DNA from: Minisyncoccota bacterium
GTDB lineage: Bacteria > Patescibacteriota > Minisyncoccia > Phycocordibacterales > UBA9973
NCBI GenBank assembly: GCA_041665925.1
Contig: JBAYHW010000002.1
Location: forward strand, 26,838 to 90,837
DNA length: 64,000 nt
Direction: 5' to 3'
A program made the position numbers and the translations under genes. Position 1 is the stretch's first letter, and every line of letters starts with the position of its first letter. This document shows, piece after piece, positions 45,250 through 54,641 of this stretch. A model generated the notes under the pieces. It had not been told where the DNA came from. It worked only from the letters and a program-made list of their open reading frames with translations, and made no database searches.

Positions 45250-46227
45250 ATGAAAAACATCGTAACCGTAGGAGGAGGTACAGGTAGCTATACAATTTTG
45301 TCCGGATTAAAAAATCTTCCGGACGTTTCTTTGACTGCGCTTGTGTCTATGGCTGACGATGGAGGGTCTGGCGGAGCACTTCGAAATGAACTTGGAGTTC
45401 TTCCCCCAGGAGATGTAAGACTATGCCTCGTAGCTTTATCTGAACACAGCAATATAATGCGTGAACTTATGAATTATAGGTTTAAAGAAGGAACATTAAG
45501 GGGGCATAGTTTTGGAAATTTATTTTTAGCCGCATTTGAAAAAATTACAGGAGATTTTGCAAAAGGTGTGGAAGCAGCTTCGGAAATTCTAAAAATCAAA
45601 GGTAATGTAATACCTGTGACAAAGGACAAAGCAGAATTAGTTGTTGTGCTTTTGGATGGTAAAAAATTTGAAGGAGAAAACAACATACAAGATGCCGACT
45701 TGCAGTCTGTAGGGCTTAAGGAAGTTTTTTACAAAAACGACGTTTTCTTAAATGAACATGCCAAGCTCGCAATACTAAAGGCAGATTATATTATTTTAGG
45801 TCCTGGGAATTATTTTTGCTCTATTGTGCCCAACCTAATAGTTAAAGGTTTTAAAGAGGCAGTCTCAGAAAGTAAAGCTAAGATTATTTTACCTTTAAAT
45901 TTAACAAACAAATCAGGCCACACTAAGAACTGGAAAGTAAGTAGCTATATAACTGATATAGAGAAATACCTAGAAAAACCAGTAGATTTCATCTTAGTGA
46001 ATAAAGATGAACTATCTCACGAACAAATTGAACGCTATAAACAAGAAGAAGGAGAAGGAGTTATCATCGAAGACGACTTTAATGATACTCGGGTTATTCG
46101 GGCTTCCCTGCTCTCCAGTGTTATATTTGAAAAAGCTAAAGAAGATGTACTCCCAAGTACTAAAGGTTTCATTCGTCACGATTCGGAAAAATTAGCAGAA
46201 TGTATAAATAAAATAATAAATAAATAA
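45250..46227 (+). CDS. YvcK / CofD-like family protein (UPF0052; gluconeogenesis factor / 2-phospho-L-lactate transferase family)
   Basis: 325 aa. NIVTVGGGTGSYTILSGLKN...VSMADDGGSGGALRNELGVLPPGDVRLCLVALSE matches the YvcK/CofD signature nearly residue for residue. Confidence 0.8.
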   Translation: MKNIVTVGGGTGSYTILSGLKNLPDVSLTALVSMADDGGSGGALRNELGVLPPGDVRLCLVALSEHSNIMRELMNYRFKEGTLRGHSFGNLFLAAFEKITGDFAKGVEAASEILKIKGNVIPVTKDKAELVVVLLDGKKFEGENNIQDADLQSVGLKEVFYKNDVFLNEHAKLAILKADYIILGPGNYFCSIVPNLIVKGFKEAVSESKAKIILPLNLTNKSGHTKNWKVSSYITDIEKYLEKPVDFILVNKDELSHEQIERYKQEEGEGVIIEDDFNDTRVIRASLLSSVIFEKAKEDVLPSTKGFIRHDSEKLAECINKIINK

Positions 46228-46228
46228 T

Positions 46229-46849
46229 ATGGCAAAGTATAAATACATTTTTGACTTCGACGATACATTATTTAAAAACACAGAACTGCTCAAACCACGC
46301 ATTTTTAGCATGATTTCGAAGGCTACTGGTACATCAGAAAAAGACATTGAAACTCGATACTATACTCCAGCTATCCGGGATCATTTTTCATTGATTGAAT
46401 TTATTCAAGAATTTTTTACCCAGAAAGGTATCCCCCAAGACGGAGTCGACTCACTTTTTAAAGAAATAATGAGCGAAAGTCACAAATTTTTAAATGTTGA
46501 ATTATTAGAAGAAATAAAAAAAATCCCCCCTGAAGACTGTTATATCGTTACCACTGGACGACAAGATTGGAACTGGAGCAAACTAGCATATAGTGGTATT
46601 TTAGAATATTTTATTCCACAAAATATTGTTGTTGTTCCGGGGAAAAAGAGTAGATCCATTAGAAATATTTGTCACGAGAATAAAGATTTCACTGTTATTT
46701 TCATTGATGATAAATCAAGGTTCATTGAAGAGTTAAAACAAGAAAAAGTACCTAACCTTCAATGTCTTTTATATAAAGGAGAAAATTTGACAGAATTGGT
46801 AAAAAAAATTGAAGGATATAGGTCTAGTGAACTACGTGGACTAAAATAA
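46229..46849 (+). CDS. HAD-superfamily hydrolase
   Basis: 206 aa. Motif I FDFDDTL, motif II IVTTG, motif IV IFIDDK. Confidence 0.65.
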   Translation: MAKYKYIFDFDDTLFKNTELLKPRIFSMISKATGTSEKDIETRYYTPAIRDHFSLIEFIQEFFTQKGIPQDGVDSLFKEIMSESHKFLNVELLEEIKKIPPEDCYIVTTGRQDWNWSKLAYSGILEYFIPQNIVVVPGKKSRSIRNICHENKDFTVIFIDDKSRFIEELKQEKVPNLQCLLYKGENLTELVKKIEGYRSSELRGLK

Positions 46850-48238
46850 CTACCAATATCTCTCTACTACATGATGCTCTTCGGGTCCAGTGCCGACGTA
46901 GATGATTTTAGCATTTAGGATTTTTTCTAGAAATTTAACATACTCAAGTGCTTCTTTGGGCAACTTGCTACCATGGTCTGATAGTTTTCCTTTCCAGCCA
47001 GGAAAAGTTCTATAGATACATTTTATTTTTTCTCTAGAGAGATCAAAAGGGACTTCCTCGGTTTTTTTACCGTTAATTATATAACTAGTACAAACTTTAA
47101 TTTTCTTTAGACCAGAAAGTACGTCCAATTTTGTCAACACGAGGTCAGTAGCGTAGTTCATTTCTATCGCATATTTTAATAAAGGAATATCAATCCATCC
47201 AGTTCTCCTTAATCTGCCAGTGGTGGCCCCTATCTCATTTCCAGCGCGCCTTATAGCTACGCCCTGCTCAAATTCATTTTCACTATTTAAGTTAGGCATA
47301 GGGAATTTTGCTTTTTCTTCAGAATATTTTTTATCTCTACACCATACGGCCGACCTCTCTCCTCCAAGTTCCGTTGGGAAAGGCCCTTCTCCTACTTTTG
47401 TAACATAAGCTTTCATTATACCTATAGCTCCTCCGACATATGACGGAGGAATTCCTAGCCCTGTGCCTACTCCACTAGCTATTGTGTGTGATGAAGTAAC
47501 ATACGGATAATGACCAAATCGGACATCTAAAAGCGCTCCTTGTGCTCCTTCAGCTATGACTACATTTCCACGAGCTAAGGCGTCCCCTACTATCTTCGCA
47601 GAGTCTACTAGTTGTATTGATCGTAGAAATTTAATTCCTTTGAAAAATTGCTCTTCATTTTTCTTTAGTTCATTATCCGGAACCTCATAATCAAAAACTT
47701 TTTTTAATGTATCTCTGTGTTCCGCCGTTAAAGCCTTGTATTTCTTTTCAAAATCTTTATAGAAGATATCTCCAACGCGCAATGCTCGCCTTAAGGTCAG
47801 GTCAGTATAAGATGGGGAAATTCCCTTCCCTGTTGAACCAATTTTCTTTTTACCTTTTGTCTTTTCTGATACGGAATCTAAAATTAAATGAGTCGGTATT
47901 GTCAGAACCGCATGCGGAGAAACAGACATTCTCTTCAGGAATGAGATTTCTCTAGGAATCATCTTTACCTCTTCAGCAAGCGCCCCAGGATTTATGACCA
48001 TCCCCGCGCCTAGATGAATTTGTGCTTTACCAAAAACTCCGGACGGAATTAAATGAAAGACATAGCAAATCCCCTTATGCCAGATTGTATGCCCAGCATT
48101 ATTTCCTCCTTGGAATCTTACTATTAAATCTTTGTTTGATAAACCTGAAGCTATCTTAGCGACACCTTTCCCTTTCCCTTCATCTCCCCACTGTAAGCCG
48201 ATCAGAGGAGTAATTTTAGATCTCTTTTTTTTTATCAT
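46850..48238 (-). CDS. purA: Adenylosuccinate synthetase
   Basis: 462 aa. GLQWGDEGKGKGV P-loop and FQGGNNAGHT. Confidence 0.92.
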   Translation of the reverse strand: MIKKKRSKITPLIGLQWGDEGKGKGVAKIASGLSNKDLIVRFQGGNNAGHTIWHKGICYVFHLIPSGVFGKAQIHLGAGMVINPGALAEEVKMIPREISFLKRMSVSPHAVLTIPTHLILDSVSEKTKGKKKIGSTGKGISPSYTDLTLRRALRVGDIFYKDFEKKYKALTAEHRDTLKKVFDYEVPDNELKKNEEQFFKGIKFLRSIQLVDSAKIVGDALARGNVVIAEGAQGALLDVRFGHYPYVTSSHTIASGVGTGLGIPPSYVGGAIGIMKAYVTKVGEGPFPTELGGERSAVWCRDKKYSEEKAKFPMPNLNSENEFEQGVAIRRAGNEIGATTGRLRRTGWIDIPLLKYAIEMNYATDLVLTKLDVLSGLKKIKVCTSYIINGKKTEEVPFDLSREKIKCIYRTFPGWKGKLSDHGSKLPKEALEYVKFLEKILNAKIIYVGTGPEEHHVVERYW

Positions 48239-49707
48239 TGTTTTTTGTAATTGGGCGCTGGGCTAACCATAAAGATATCGTGGACATGACTTTCATTTAA
48301 GCCAGCAGAAGTAATAGTATAGAAAGAAGCATCGCGAAGTTCAGTAATATTTCGAGCTCCCAAATAACCCATTCCTGCACGCAACCCTCCCATGTATTGA
48401 TGGATTATTTCTGAAAGTGCTCCTTTATAAGAAACATGACCAGAAACTCCTTCGGGGACTAATTTTGTTGAATCATTCTGATCTTCCTGAAAGTATCTAT
48501 CTTTAGATCCTCTTTGCATTGCGCCGAGAGATCCCATGCCTCGATATTTTTTAAATTTTTGATCGTTCATGGTTATAGTATCTCCGGGGGCTTCATCGGT
48601 GCCAGCGAACATACTACCAGCCATTACCACGTCCGCACCAAAAGCGAGCGCCTTAACAACATCTCCGCTGTGTTTTATCCCACCATCGGCAATAACAGGA
48701 ATATTTAGTTTTTTACAAGCTTCATAAACAGACGAAACGGCAGAAAGTTGTGGAACTCCAACCCCAGATACTATGCGTGTAGTACAAATTGAACCTGGGC
48801 CAATACCAACTTTTATTGCGTTTGCTCCTGCCTTTATTAAATCTAGAGCAGCTTTCCCTGTGGCTACATTGCCAGCAATAATATCTAATTTAGGGTATGC
48901 TTTTCGTATTTTTTTAACTGCCTCGAGTACACCTTTAGAGTGGCCGTGAGCAGTGTCTACACATACTGCGTCTACATTACTTTTTACTAATGCATCTACT
49001 TGAGCTAGAACATCAGATCCAGCCCCCACAGCAGCCCCGACGCAAAGTCGGCCGAGCTTGTCTTTTGTTGCTAATGGGTATTCTTTTGATTTCGCAATAT
49101 CTCGATAAGTAATCAATCCGACTAATCTATTATTTTTATCAACCAAAGGAAGTTTCTCTATGCCATATTTGCTAAATAAATTATTTGCTTCCTCTATGGT
49201 AGTGTTCGGTCCACCAGTTATGAGTTTAGTGGTCATTATTTTTTCTATTGGAGTTGCAGCATCTTTCTGAAAACGCATATCTCTATTGGTGACTATACCT
49301 ACCAATAAACCATTTTTATCAACTACCGGGAACCCCCCAAAGTGATACTTTTTTTGTATTTCAAATACGTCACCAGCCGTAGCTTCGACTGGAATCGTAA
49401 CTGGATCGGTAATTCGTCCCGACTCGTAACGTTTTACTCGTTCTACTTCATGGGCTTGATCGATGATAGAAAGATTTTTGTGAATAATGCCCATCCCCCC
49501 TAGCTCTGCCATAGCTATAGCCATTTTTGATTCTGTCACGGTATCCATAGCGGCTGACATGAATGGGATATTGAGGCTAATATTTTTCGTAAGTTGAGTT
49601 TTAGTTATTACGTTTTTTGGTAAAACTTCACTATAATTTGGCACCAGTAAAATATCATCAAAAGTAAGTCCTTGTCCAAGATTTTTTGGGGAAGAGTTTT
49701 TTGGCAT
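48235..49707 (-). CDS. guaB: Inosine-5'-monophosphate dehydrogenase
   Basis: 490 aa. [17 protein letters not shown]-terminus, tandem CBS domains, and catalytic loop [11 protein letters not shown]. Confidence 0.92.
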   Translation of the reverse strand: MPKNSSPKNLGQGLTFDDILLVPNYSEVLPKNVITKTQLTKNISLNIPFMSAAMDTVTESKMAIAMAELGGMGIIHKNLSIIDQAHEVERVKRYESGRITDPVTIPVEATAGDVFEIQKKYHFGGFPVVDKNGLLVGIVTNRDMRFQKDAATPIEKIMTTKLITGGPNTTIEEANNLFSKYGIEKLPLVDKNNRLVGLITYRDIAKSKEYPLATKDKLGRLCVGAAVGAGSDVLAQVDALVKSNVDAVCVDTAHGHSKGVLEAVKKIRKAYPKLDIIAGNVATGKAALDLIKAGANAIKVGIGPGSICTTRIVSGVGVPQLSAVSSVYEACKKLNIPVIADGGIKHSGDVVKALAFGADVVMAGSMFAGTDEAPGDTITMNDQKFKKYRGMGSLGAMQRGSKDRYFQEDQNDSTKLVPEGVSGHVSYKGALSEIIHQYMGGLRAGMGYLGARNITELRDASFYTITSAGLNESHVHDIFMVSPAPNYKKQ

Positions 49708-49727
49708 ATATTCTTTATAACATATAA

Positions 49728-50147
49728 TTATTTTTTTACCAAAAATTTATCCAAACACCAGGAATCTATTCCATAAAGGAATATTGATATTGTGGCCATT
49801 GAAAGTCCAAAGTCACGAACTCCAATACCGTTATACCCAACTGTAAATGTTATATGCAACATATGAAGAGCTAGAAGAAACGCCGTAGCTTTTGTAAAAT
49901 AACCCATAAGTAAACATAACCCAAACACGATTTCAAACGCTCCATTAAAATGCACGAAACCAACAGCACTAATTCCAGAGATAGAGGTAATCCATGAAGG
50001 AATAAGATTAACCCACGCACTTGTGTTAATTATTTGCTGAGTCCCAAACCACAAAAACACAACCGCTAAACCTAAGCGAACGACTATTGGAGCAAAACGC
50101 TTCATCTTTACTTCTAATGTTTCGCTAACAAGATTTATTTCATTCAT
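49728..50147 (-). CDS. DoxX-family membrane protein
   Basis: 139 aa, four TM helices. RLGLAVVFLWFGTQ resembles the DoxX N-terminus. Confidence 0.5.
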   Translation of the reverse strand: MNEINLVSETLEVKMKRFAPIVVRLGLAVVFLWFGTQQIINTSAWVNLIPSWITSISGISAVGFVHFNGAFEIVFGLCLLMGYFTKATAFLLALHMLHITFTVGYNGIGVRDFGLSMATISIFLYGIDSWCLDKFLVKK

Positions 50148-50157
50148 ATGGTTTAAG

Positions 50158-50553
50158 TTATTTTGTATAGCTTCCTATTTTAAAACTATTTAATACATTT
50201 TCAGGATTTTGTTGTCCTCCGTGTTGGCCCAGGAAAGCAATGGTTGCATCCTTCCCACATGTACTGATAATTGCTTCTGACCCACCAGGATGTTGAGTTA
50301 TCCAAGCCGTCAAATCATATACGTTATTTTTTACAACTGTCCAACAATTAGATGCACTTGAATGTGCTTTTACTTGAGCTAAAGTGTAACTCGTAGTTTC
50401 TATTTTGGTAACTATCGATATATTTTTATCTACGGGTTTATATGAACTAGCAGATCTATTAGAAATATTATTGGCTAATAAGGTAATAATAATTACTACT
50501 AAAAACGAAATTATTAAAAACGAAATTATTGATTTAATTTTTTTGCTTTCCAT
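50158..50553 (-). CDS. Membrane-anchored cytochrome b5-like heme-binding domain protein
   Basis: 131 aa. N-terminal TM helix, then TLAQVKAHSSASNCWTVVKNNVYDLTAWITQHPGGSEAIISTCGKDATIAFLGQHGG. This matches cyt-b5 pattern Y.L.E...H...W..VYD.T.F...HPGG.E.I....G.DAT..F...H, with both His ligands. Confidence 0.6.
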   Translation of the reverse strand: MESKKIKSIISFLIISFLVVIIITLLANNISNRSASSYKPVDKNISIVTKIETTSYTLAQVKAHSSASNCWTVVKNNVYDLTAWITQHPGGSEAIISTCGKDATIAFLGQHGGQQNPENVLNSFKIGSYTK

Positions 50554-50565
50554 ATATTTATTATA

Positions 50566-50859
50566 TCACAACATCACACCTTCTTTAAGAAGTAAGTTCA
50601 TCTTTTGTTTTATCCCGCCCTTTCCTGAATATCCCCCAAGGGTTCCATTACTGCGAATTACCCTATGGCACGGAATATTTGGAGCCATGGGGTTTACCCC
50701 CACAGCATTCGCTACAGCACGAATAGCTCTTGGTCTGCCGATCTTTTTAGCTAATTCTTTATAAGTTATGGTCTTCCCTTTCGGAATACCCAACAAAGCT
50801 CTCCAAACTTTTTTTTGAAATTTAGTACCTTTCAGTTTTTCAATTTCAATTTTCTGCAT
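50566..50859 (-). CDS. ogt: Methylated-DNA--protein-cysteine methyltransferase, C-terminal domain only
   Basis: Start placed at MQKIEIEKL (the track ORF starts 15 codons earlier in low-complexity sequence). FQKKVWRALLGIPKGKTITYKELA...NPMAPNIPCHRVIRSNGTLGGY with the PCHR active site. Confidence 0.8.
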   Translation of the reverse strand: MQKIEIEKLKGTKFQKKVWRALLGIPKGKTITYKELAKKIGRPRAIRAVANAVGVNPMAPNIPCHRVIRSNGTLGGYSGKGGIKQKMNLLLKEGVML

Positions 50860-50892
50860 ATAAAAATAATATATCATAAAATATGAAATATA

Positions 50893-50921
50893 AAAATACC
50901 CCATAATTAGAGGGGTATTTT
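50893..50921 (-). terminator. Intrinsic terminator AAAATACCCC-ATAATTAGA-GGGGTATTTT
   Basis: Perfect 10-bp stem plus T-tract on the minus strand, directly after the stop of the 50940-52130 gene. Confidence 0.5.
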
Positions 50922-50939
50922 TATATTGATTTACAGCAA

Positions 50940-52130
50940 CTAAGGTTTAGTCATGAAAGATAAGCTACTCCCATAGTCTGTTCCATATTGATTCTTTGCG
51001 ACAACTCGAAAAAAGTATTTTGTATTTTTACTTAATCCGGCAATATTTGCTTCTACACTCACCGCACTAGTTCCTGCGGCAAGCGTTTTAACAGTTGTTC
51101 CTCCCCCTATGATTATTCCAAATAATGAATCTTCGCTATACTCAAACCAGTATGTTGTGTCGACACCATTAGGATTAACACGACCGTTAAGTGTTGCCTT
51201 AGAGTTAGCGATATCAGAAGCTTGAATAGTTGTGGCAGTTGGAGAGCTAGGATCAGCGGGACCTTTGGTAATGAAATTCAAAGTGGCACCATTTACTGTT
51301 CCGAATTTATTTTGAGCATTTACTCGGAAGTAATATTTCGTTAGGGGTTCTAGATTCGAAAGATTGATCGATACTACTAATTTTGAGTTAAGATCTGAAT
51401 CATTTGTTATAGATTTAATAGAATCTACGTTACCGAAGTTGGTGTCAGTACCATACTCAAACCAATAATTTGTTGCCCATCCATTAGGACTAACTTCACC
51501 GTTTAATGTTGCAGTCGTTCGTAATATAGCCGTAGCTGCTCTTGTGCGAGGAGTTGGGATAGCTGCCTTTGGTTCAGGGTCACTATTAGTTTTTAGACTA
51601 AAGATTTCACCATTCATAGTTCCAAAACTGTTATTCGCACTTAAGCGAAAATAATAGACAGTGTCTGATTTCAACCCAGTTATATAAGCAGGGGTAGAAA
51701 TTGAAGCAAAACTTGAGCCAATTGCTTGCGCTTTAGTCTTGGTCCCAAGTGTGTTAGATGTGCCGTATTCAAACCAATAAGTCGTCGGCATACCATTTGG
51801 AATAACTAATCCATTGACTAGAGCTGTAGAAATTGAAGCGGAAAAATTTGGGCTGGTTTCTACTTTTGGTACTCCTTGTATTGGAGTTTGATTTTGCGAT
51901 GGAGTGACTACTGAAGAAGGATTTTCTGTTATTACCGGTTCAGCGGTTGAAGGCGTTGTATTATCTTTCAATAAAAAATAACCACCAACAATAAGAACTA
52001 TTACAACTAATATTCCAATAATAATGTTTTTATTCATAAGATTTAGAAAATAAATTTTTTGATTAATAAAAAACGTAATAATATAGACAGCTCGACCTTC
52101 GCCAACCATAATGACGAAAAGATAGAGCAA
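50940..52130 (-). CDS. Membrane-anchored surface protein with three tandem fibronectin-III-like repeats
   Basis: 396 aa. N-terminal TM helix, then three ~95-aa repeats each with PNG..T.YWFEYG...YYFR(V/L).A.N..GT..G. Confidence 0.6.
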   Translation of the reverse strand: MLYLFVIMVGEGRAVYIITFFINQKIYFLNLMNKNIIIGILVVIVLIVGGYFLLKDNTTPSTAEPVITENPSSVVTPSQNQTPIQGVPKVETSPNFSASISTALVNGLVIPNGMPTTYWFEYGTSNTLGTKTKAQAIGSSFASISTPAYITGLKSDTVYYFRLSANNSFGTMNGEIFSLKTNSDPEPKAAIPTPRTRAATAILRTTATLNGEVSPNGWATNYWFEYGTDTNFGNVDSIKSITNDSDLNSKLVVSINLSNLEPLTKYYFRVNAQNKFGTVNGATLNFITKGPADPSSPTATTIQASDIANSKATLNGRVNPNGVDTTYWFEYSEDSLFGIIIGGGTTVKTLAAGTSAVSVEANIAGLSKNTKYFFRVVAKNQYGTDYGSSLSFMTKP

Positions 52131-52146
52131 TTATTACATATAGACT

Positions 52147-53232
52147 CTATTTTATAATCTCTATCAGGGCTGGTTCTATGTTTGTAGAGACAAGATTAAA
52201 CCGTAAGTGACCTATATTTTGACCTTGGGCTGTTTTAACGCTAACTCTCCATTTTCCTGGAGCTAAGTCTATGCGCATAGAATAAGTACGGAATCCACCG
52301 TCTCGTCCTCCAACGACCAGTAGATTCACCTTGCTTTCAGTTACCCACTCTTTCAAAGTTTCATTATAGTGTTGCCATTCATGCACTATCGTCAAATTAA
52401 GGCCTTTGGGTGAAAATATAGCACTGTACGCAAACACTGCAGCACCAGGTAAAACATTAAAATCAGGGTAAAGCTGAAAATATCTTTTCCAGCCATTTTT
52501 TTCATACTGCACTAGATAATTCCCATCTTTATTTTTCTGAATTAAATGAAAAGCTCCAGCATCCTTTAAAGACAGCGGAATTGGAGGGATTAAATTTATA
52601 AAATATAGAAAATTTACCGTTACGAAAATACCTAAAATTAATAAAATTAATTTTTTGCTTTCAGTAAATTTCTCTTTTGCGAAATGGAACAGAACTAAAA
52701 TAAATATAGTAATAAAAATCAAACTTACTAAACCTGAAAGGAGGAACACACCAGTCCCGATTTTATGCAAGATAACTGGTACCAGGAAGATTGTAAAGGA
52801 ATAAACTGAAAGGAAAAATAAACTTATTTGAAAACTTAACCTCGCGTGGTGTTTTTTTAAGGATTCATTTGCCCAGAATGCCACCGCAAGTATTAACACG
52901 AACGGCCAAACCACGAAAATATCAGCACTTCTAAAATATAGAACCAAATTAGCTGAGAGAACCCCACCGAAACAAAATTGTAAGATAACTAAATACCAAA
53001 AATGAGTCCGCTCTGAGTTTTGTTCTTTCCCACTAGTAGCCTCTTCTCTGTGAAGAAGTAAAATAAAAATTCCTATTAGTATAATATATCCGAGTATCCA
53101 CAAATTTTCCCAAAGTTTATCCGCCCGCTTGATAGTTAAAGCGTCAATAATAAATCCAAGAATTAGAAACAACGAAGAAACCTGATGCTCATAACGACCA
53201 TAGAAATTTCGAATTGGTTCAATAAAAAACAT
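52147..53232 (-). CDS. Polytopic membrane protein with C-terminal extracytoplasmic domain (unknown family)
   Basis: 361 aa. ~7 TM helices followed by a ~140 aa soluble domain. Part of an operon with the ECF sigma factor. Confidence 0.45.
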   Translation of the reverse strand: MFFIEPIRNFYGRYEHQVSSLFLILGFIIDALTIKRADKLWENLWILGYIILIGIFILLLHREEATSGKEQNSERTHFWYLVILQFCFGGVLSANLVLYFRSADIFVVWPFVLILAVAFWANESLKKHHARLSFQISLFFLSVYSFTIFLVPVILHKIGTGVFLLSGLVSLIFITIFILVLFHFAKEKFTESKKLILLILGIFVTVNFLYFINLIPPIPLSLKDAGAFHLIQKNKDGNYLVQYEKNGWKRYFQLYPDFNVLPGAAVFAYSAIFSPKGLNLTIVHEWQHYNETLKEWVTESKVNLLVVGGRDGGFRTYSMRIDLAPGKWRVSVKTAQGQNIGHLRFNLVSTNIEPALIEIIK

Positions 53233-53256
53233 TTTTGTATTATAACACTTTATAGT

Positions 53257-53955
53257 TTAATCTTCTGTGGCATTTCTCTCTTCATGTTTTATATTTTCTT
53301 CATTTTTCTGTTTGTTTTCTTTTCTATTTCGTACTCTTTCAATAACAGATTCTAAGGCTTGTTTGTTTTCTTCCCTCTCTTTTTCGCGTATTTTCTTAAT
53401 TTTCTCGGAATGTTGCTCTAGACTTACTTCTAATTCTCCTTCAAGACGATTAATGTTATTATTATCTTTCGCTCTTTCTCTGATCTGACGTATATTTTCG
53501 TCAAAATCATTAAAGTTTTTATTTAAATCTTTTTCAATTCTTTCTGTTTTTTCTTTAGTCAATTTTCCTTTTGCTGATAATCGTTCAAATTCATCTACTC
53601 TGTTTTCTATTTTCTTAAAGCTGTACTCTGCTCTGCTTTCTGGGGTGAAGTAGATAAAATTTGGAATTTTTTCGACAAAATTTGTTTTAACTCCATACAA
53701 CACATCTCCAGGTAGTGCATCCAAGGAAGCGAAGGCTGTCGCACTAGTAATTGATAGTAAAAAAATTGCAGAAAATCCAACTTTCAAGAAACTGCTACGA
53801 ATCGAAAAAGAAAAAAACGGGCTAGGTATTGAATAAGATAACTTAGTATCTGAATCCTTTTTCAAGATAGTATTGGAAATACGCTTAAAAAGCTCTTTTT
53901 TCTCAAGATCTGATAATTTTATATCTTTTAATTTTTTTAATTCGTGCATTTTCAT
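53257..53955 (-). CDS. Putative anti-sigma factor (single TM helix, charged coiled-coil C-domain)
   Basis: 232 aa. Cytoplasmic N-terminus, TM helix (VGFSAIFLLSITSATAF), K/E/R-rich coiled coil. Immediately downstream of the ECF sigma gene. Confidence 0.45.
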   Translation of the reverse strand: MKMHELKKLKDIKLSDLEKKELFKRISNTILKKDSDTKLSYSIPSPFFSFSIRSSFLKVGFSAIFLLSITSATAFASLDALPGDVLYGVKTNFVEKIPNFIYFTPESRAEYSFKKIENRVDEFERLSAKGKLTKEKTERIEKDLNKNFNDFDENIRQIRERAKDNNNINRLEGELEVSLEQHSEKIKKIREKEREENKQALESVIERVRNRKENKQKNEENIKHEERNATED

Positions 53956-53961
53956 TTTATA

Positions 53962-54477
53962 TTATATATGAAGTAACGATTTAAGTAAGCTGACTCCCCG
54001 ATTTATTCTGACAGATATCACGTTTGAGGATACTCCCAGTATCTCGGCGATTTCTTTGGGTGACAATTCTTCGACATACCGTAAGTAAACAGCTTCTCTA
54101 TATATTGGCTCTAAGCCCGCCATCTTTTCAATTATCATTTTAGCTTCGAGCTTGACGTCTACTCCTATAATATTGCCTTCAAACATATCCATGAAGACTT
54201 CAGTTTTTTCAGAATTTTCTCCAGCAAATGTCTGTACGGGTATACTTTTCTTCTTTTTATACCAATCGATCACTAAATTCCTTGCTATTCGATAAAGTAA
54301 GGCTCTTGGTTCAAGCACGGCCTCCTTTTGTAAGGTCTGCCAAAATCTGAGATAAGTATCTTCAACTATATCTAAGGCTTGATCTTTATCCGACACTCTA
54401 TATAAGACGAAACGAAAAAGGGCATCGGTATTTTCTCTATAGGCTTTTTCAAATAATTTTGACAAATGTGGATTCAT
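53962..54477 (-). CDS. ECF-subfamily RNA polymerase sigma-70 factor
   Basis: 171 aa. Region 2 (DIVEDTYLRFWQTL, ARNLVIDWYKKKK) and region 4 HTH (LSPKEIAEILGVSSNVISVRINRG). Confidence 0.8.
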   Translation of the reverse strand: MNPHLSKLFEKAYRENTDALFRFVLYRVSDKDQALDIVEDTYLRFWQTLQKEAVLEPRALLYRIARNLVIDWYKKKKSIPVQTFAGENSEKTEVFMDMFEGNIIGVDVKLEAKMIIEKMAGLEPIYREAVYLRYVEELSPKEIAEILGVSSNVISVRINRGVSLLKSLLHI

Positions 54478-54641
54478 AAGAGCTGACGACGTAGGATCGT
54501 ATAACTTACTATATTAACATTAAATTACAGAAAATTATAGATTCAGTAAGTTTATCAGCCATAAGTCGTCTTTATCTGTAGGGAGATTAATTTTTGATCT
54601 TCCTACATTATTAACATTATAAATTAACGTAGAAAAATATT

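Noticed and set aside
50860-50904. Longer ogt start (MGYFYISYFMIYYFY...).
   Set aside because: These codons are AT-rich low-complexity sequence that overlap the upstream gene's terminator hairpin. The conserved Ogt domain begins at the internal Met (MQKIEIEKL).
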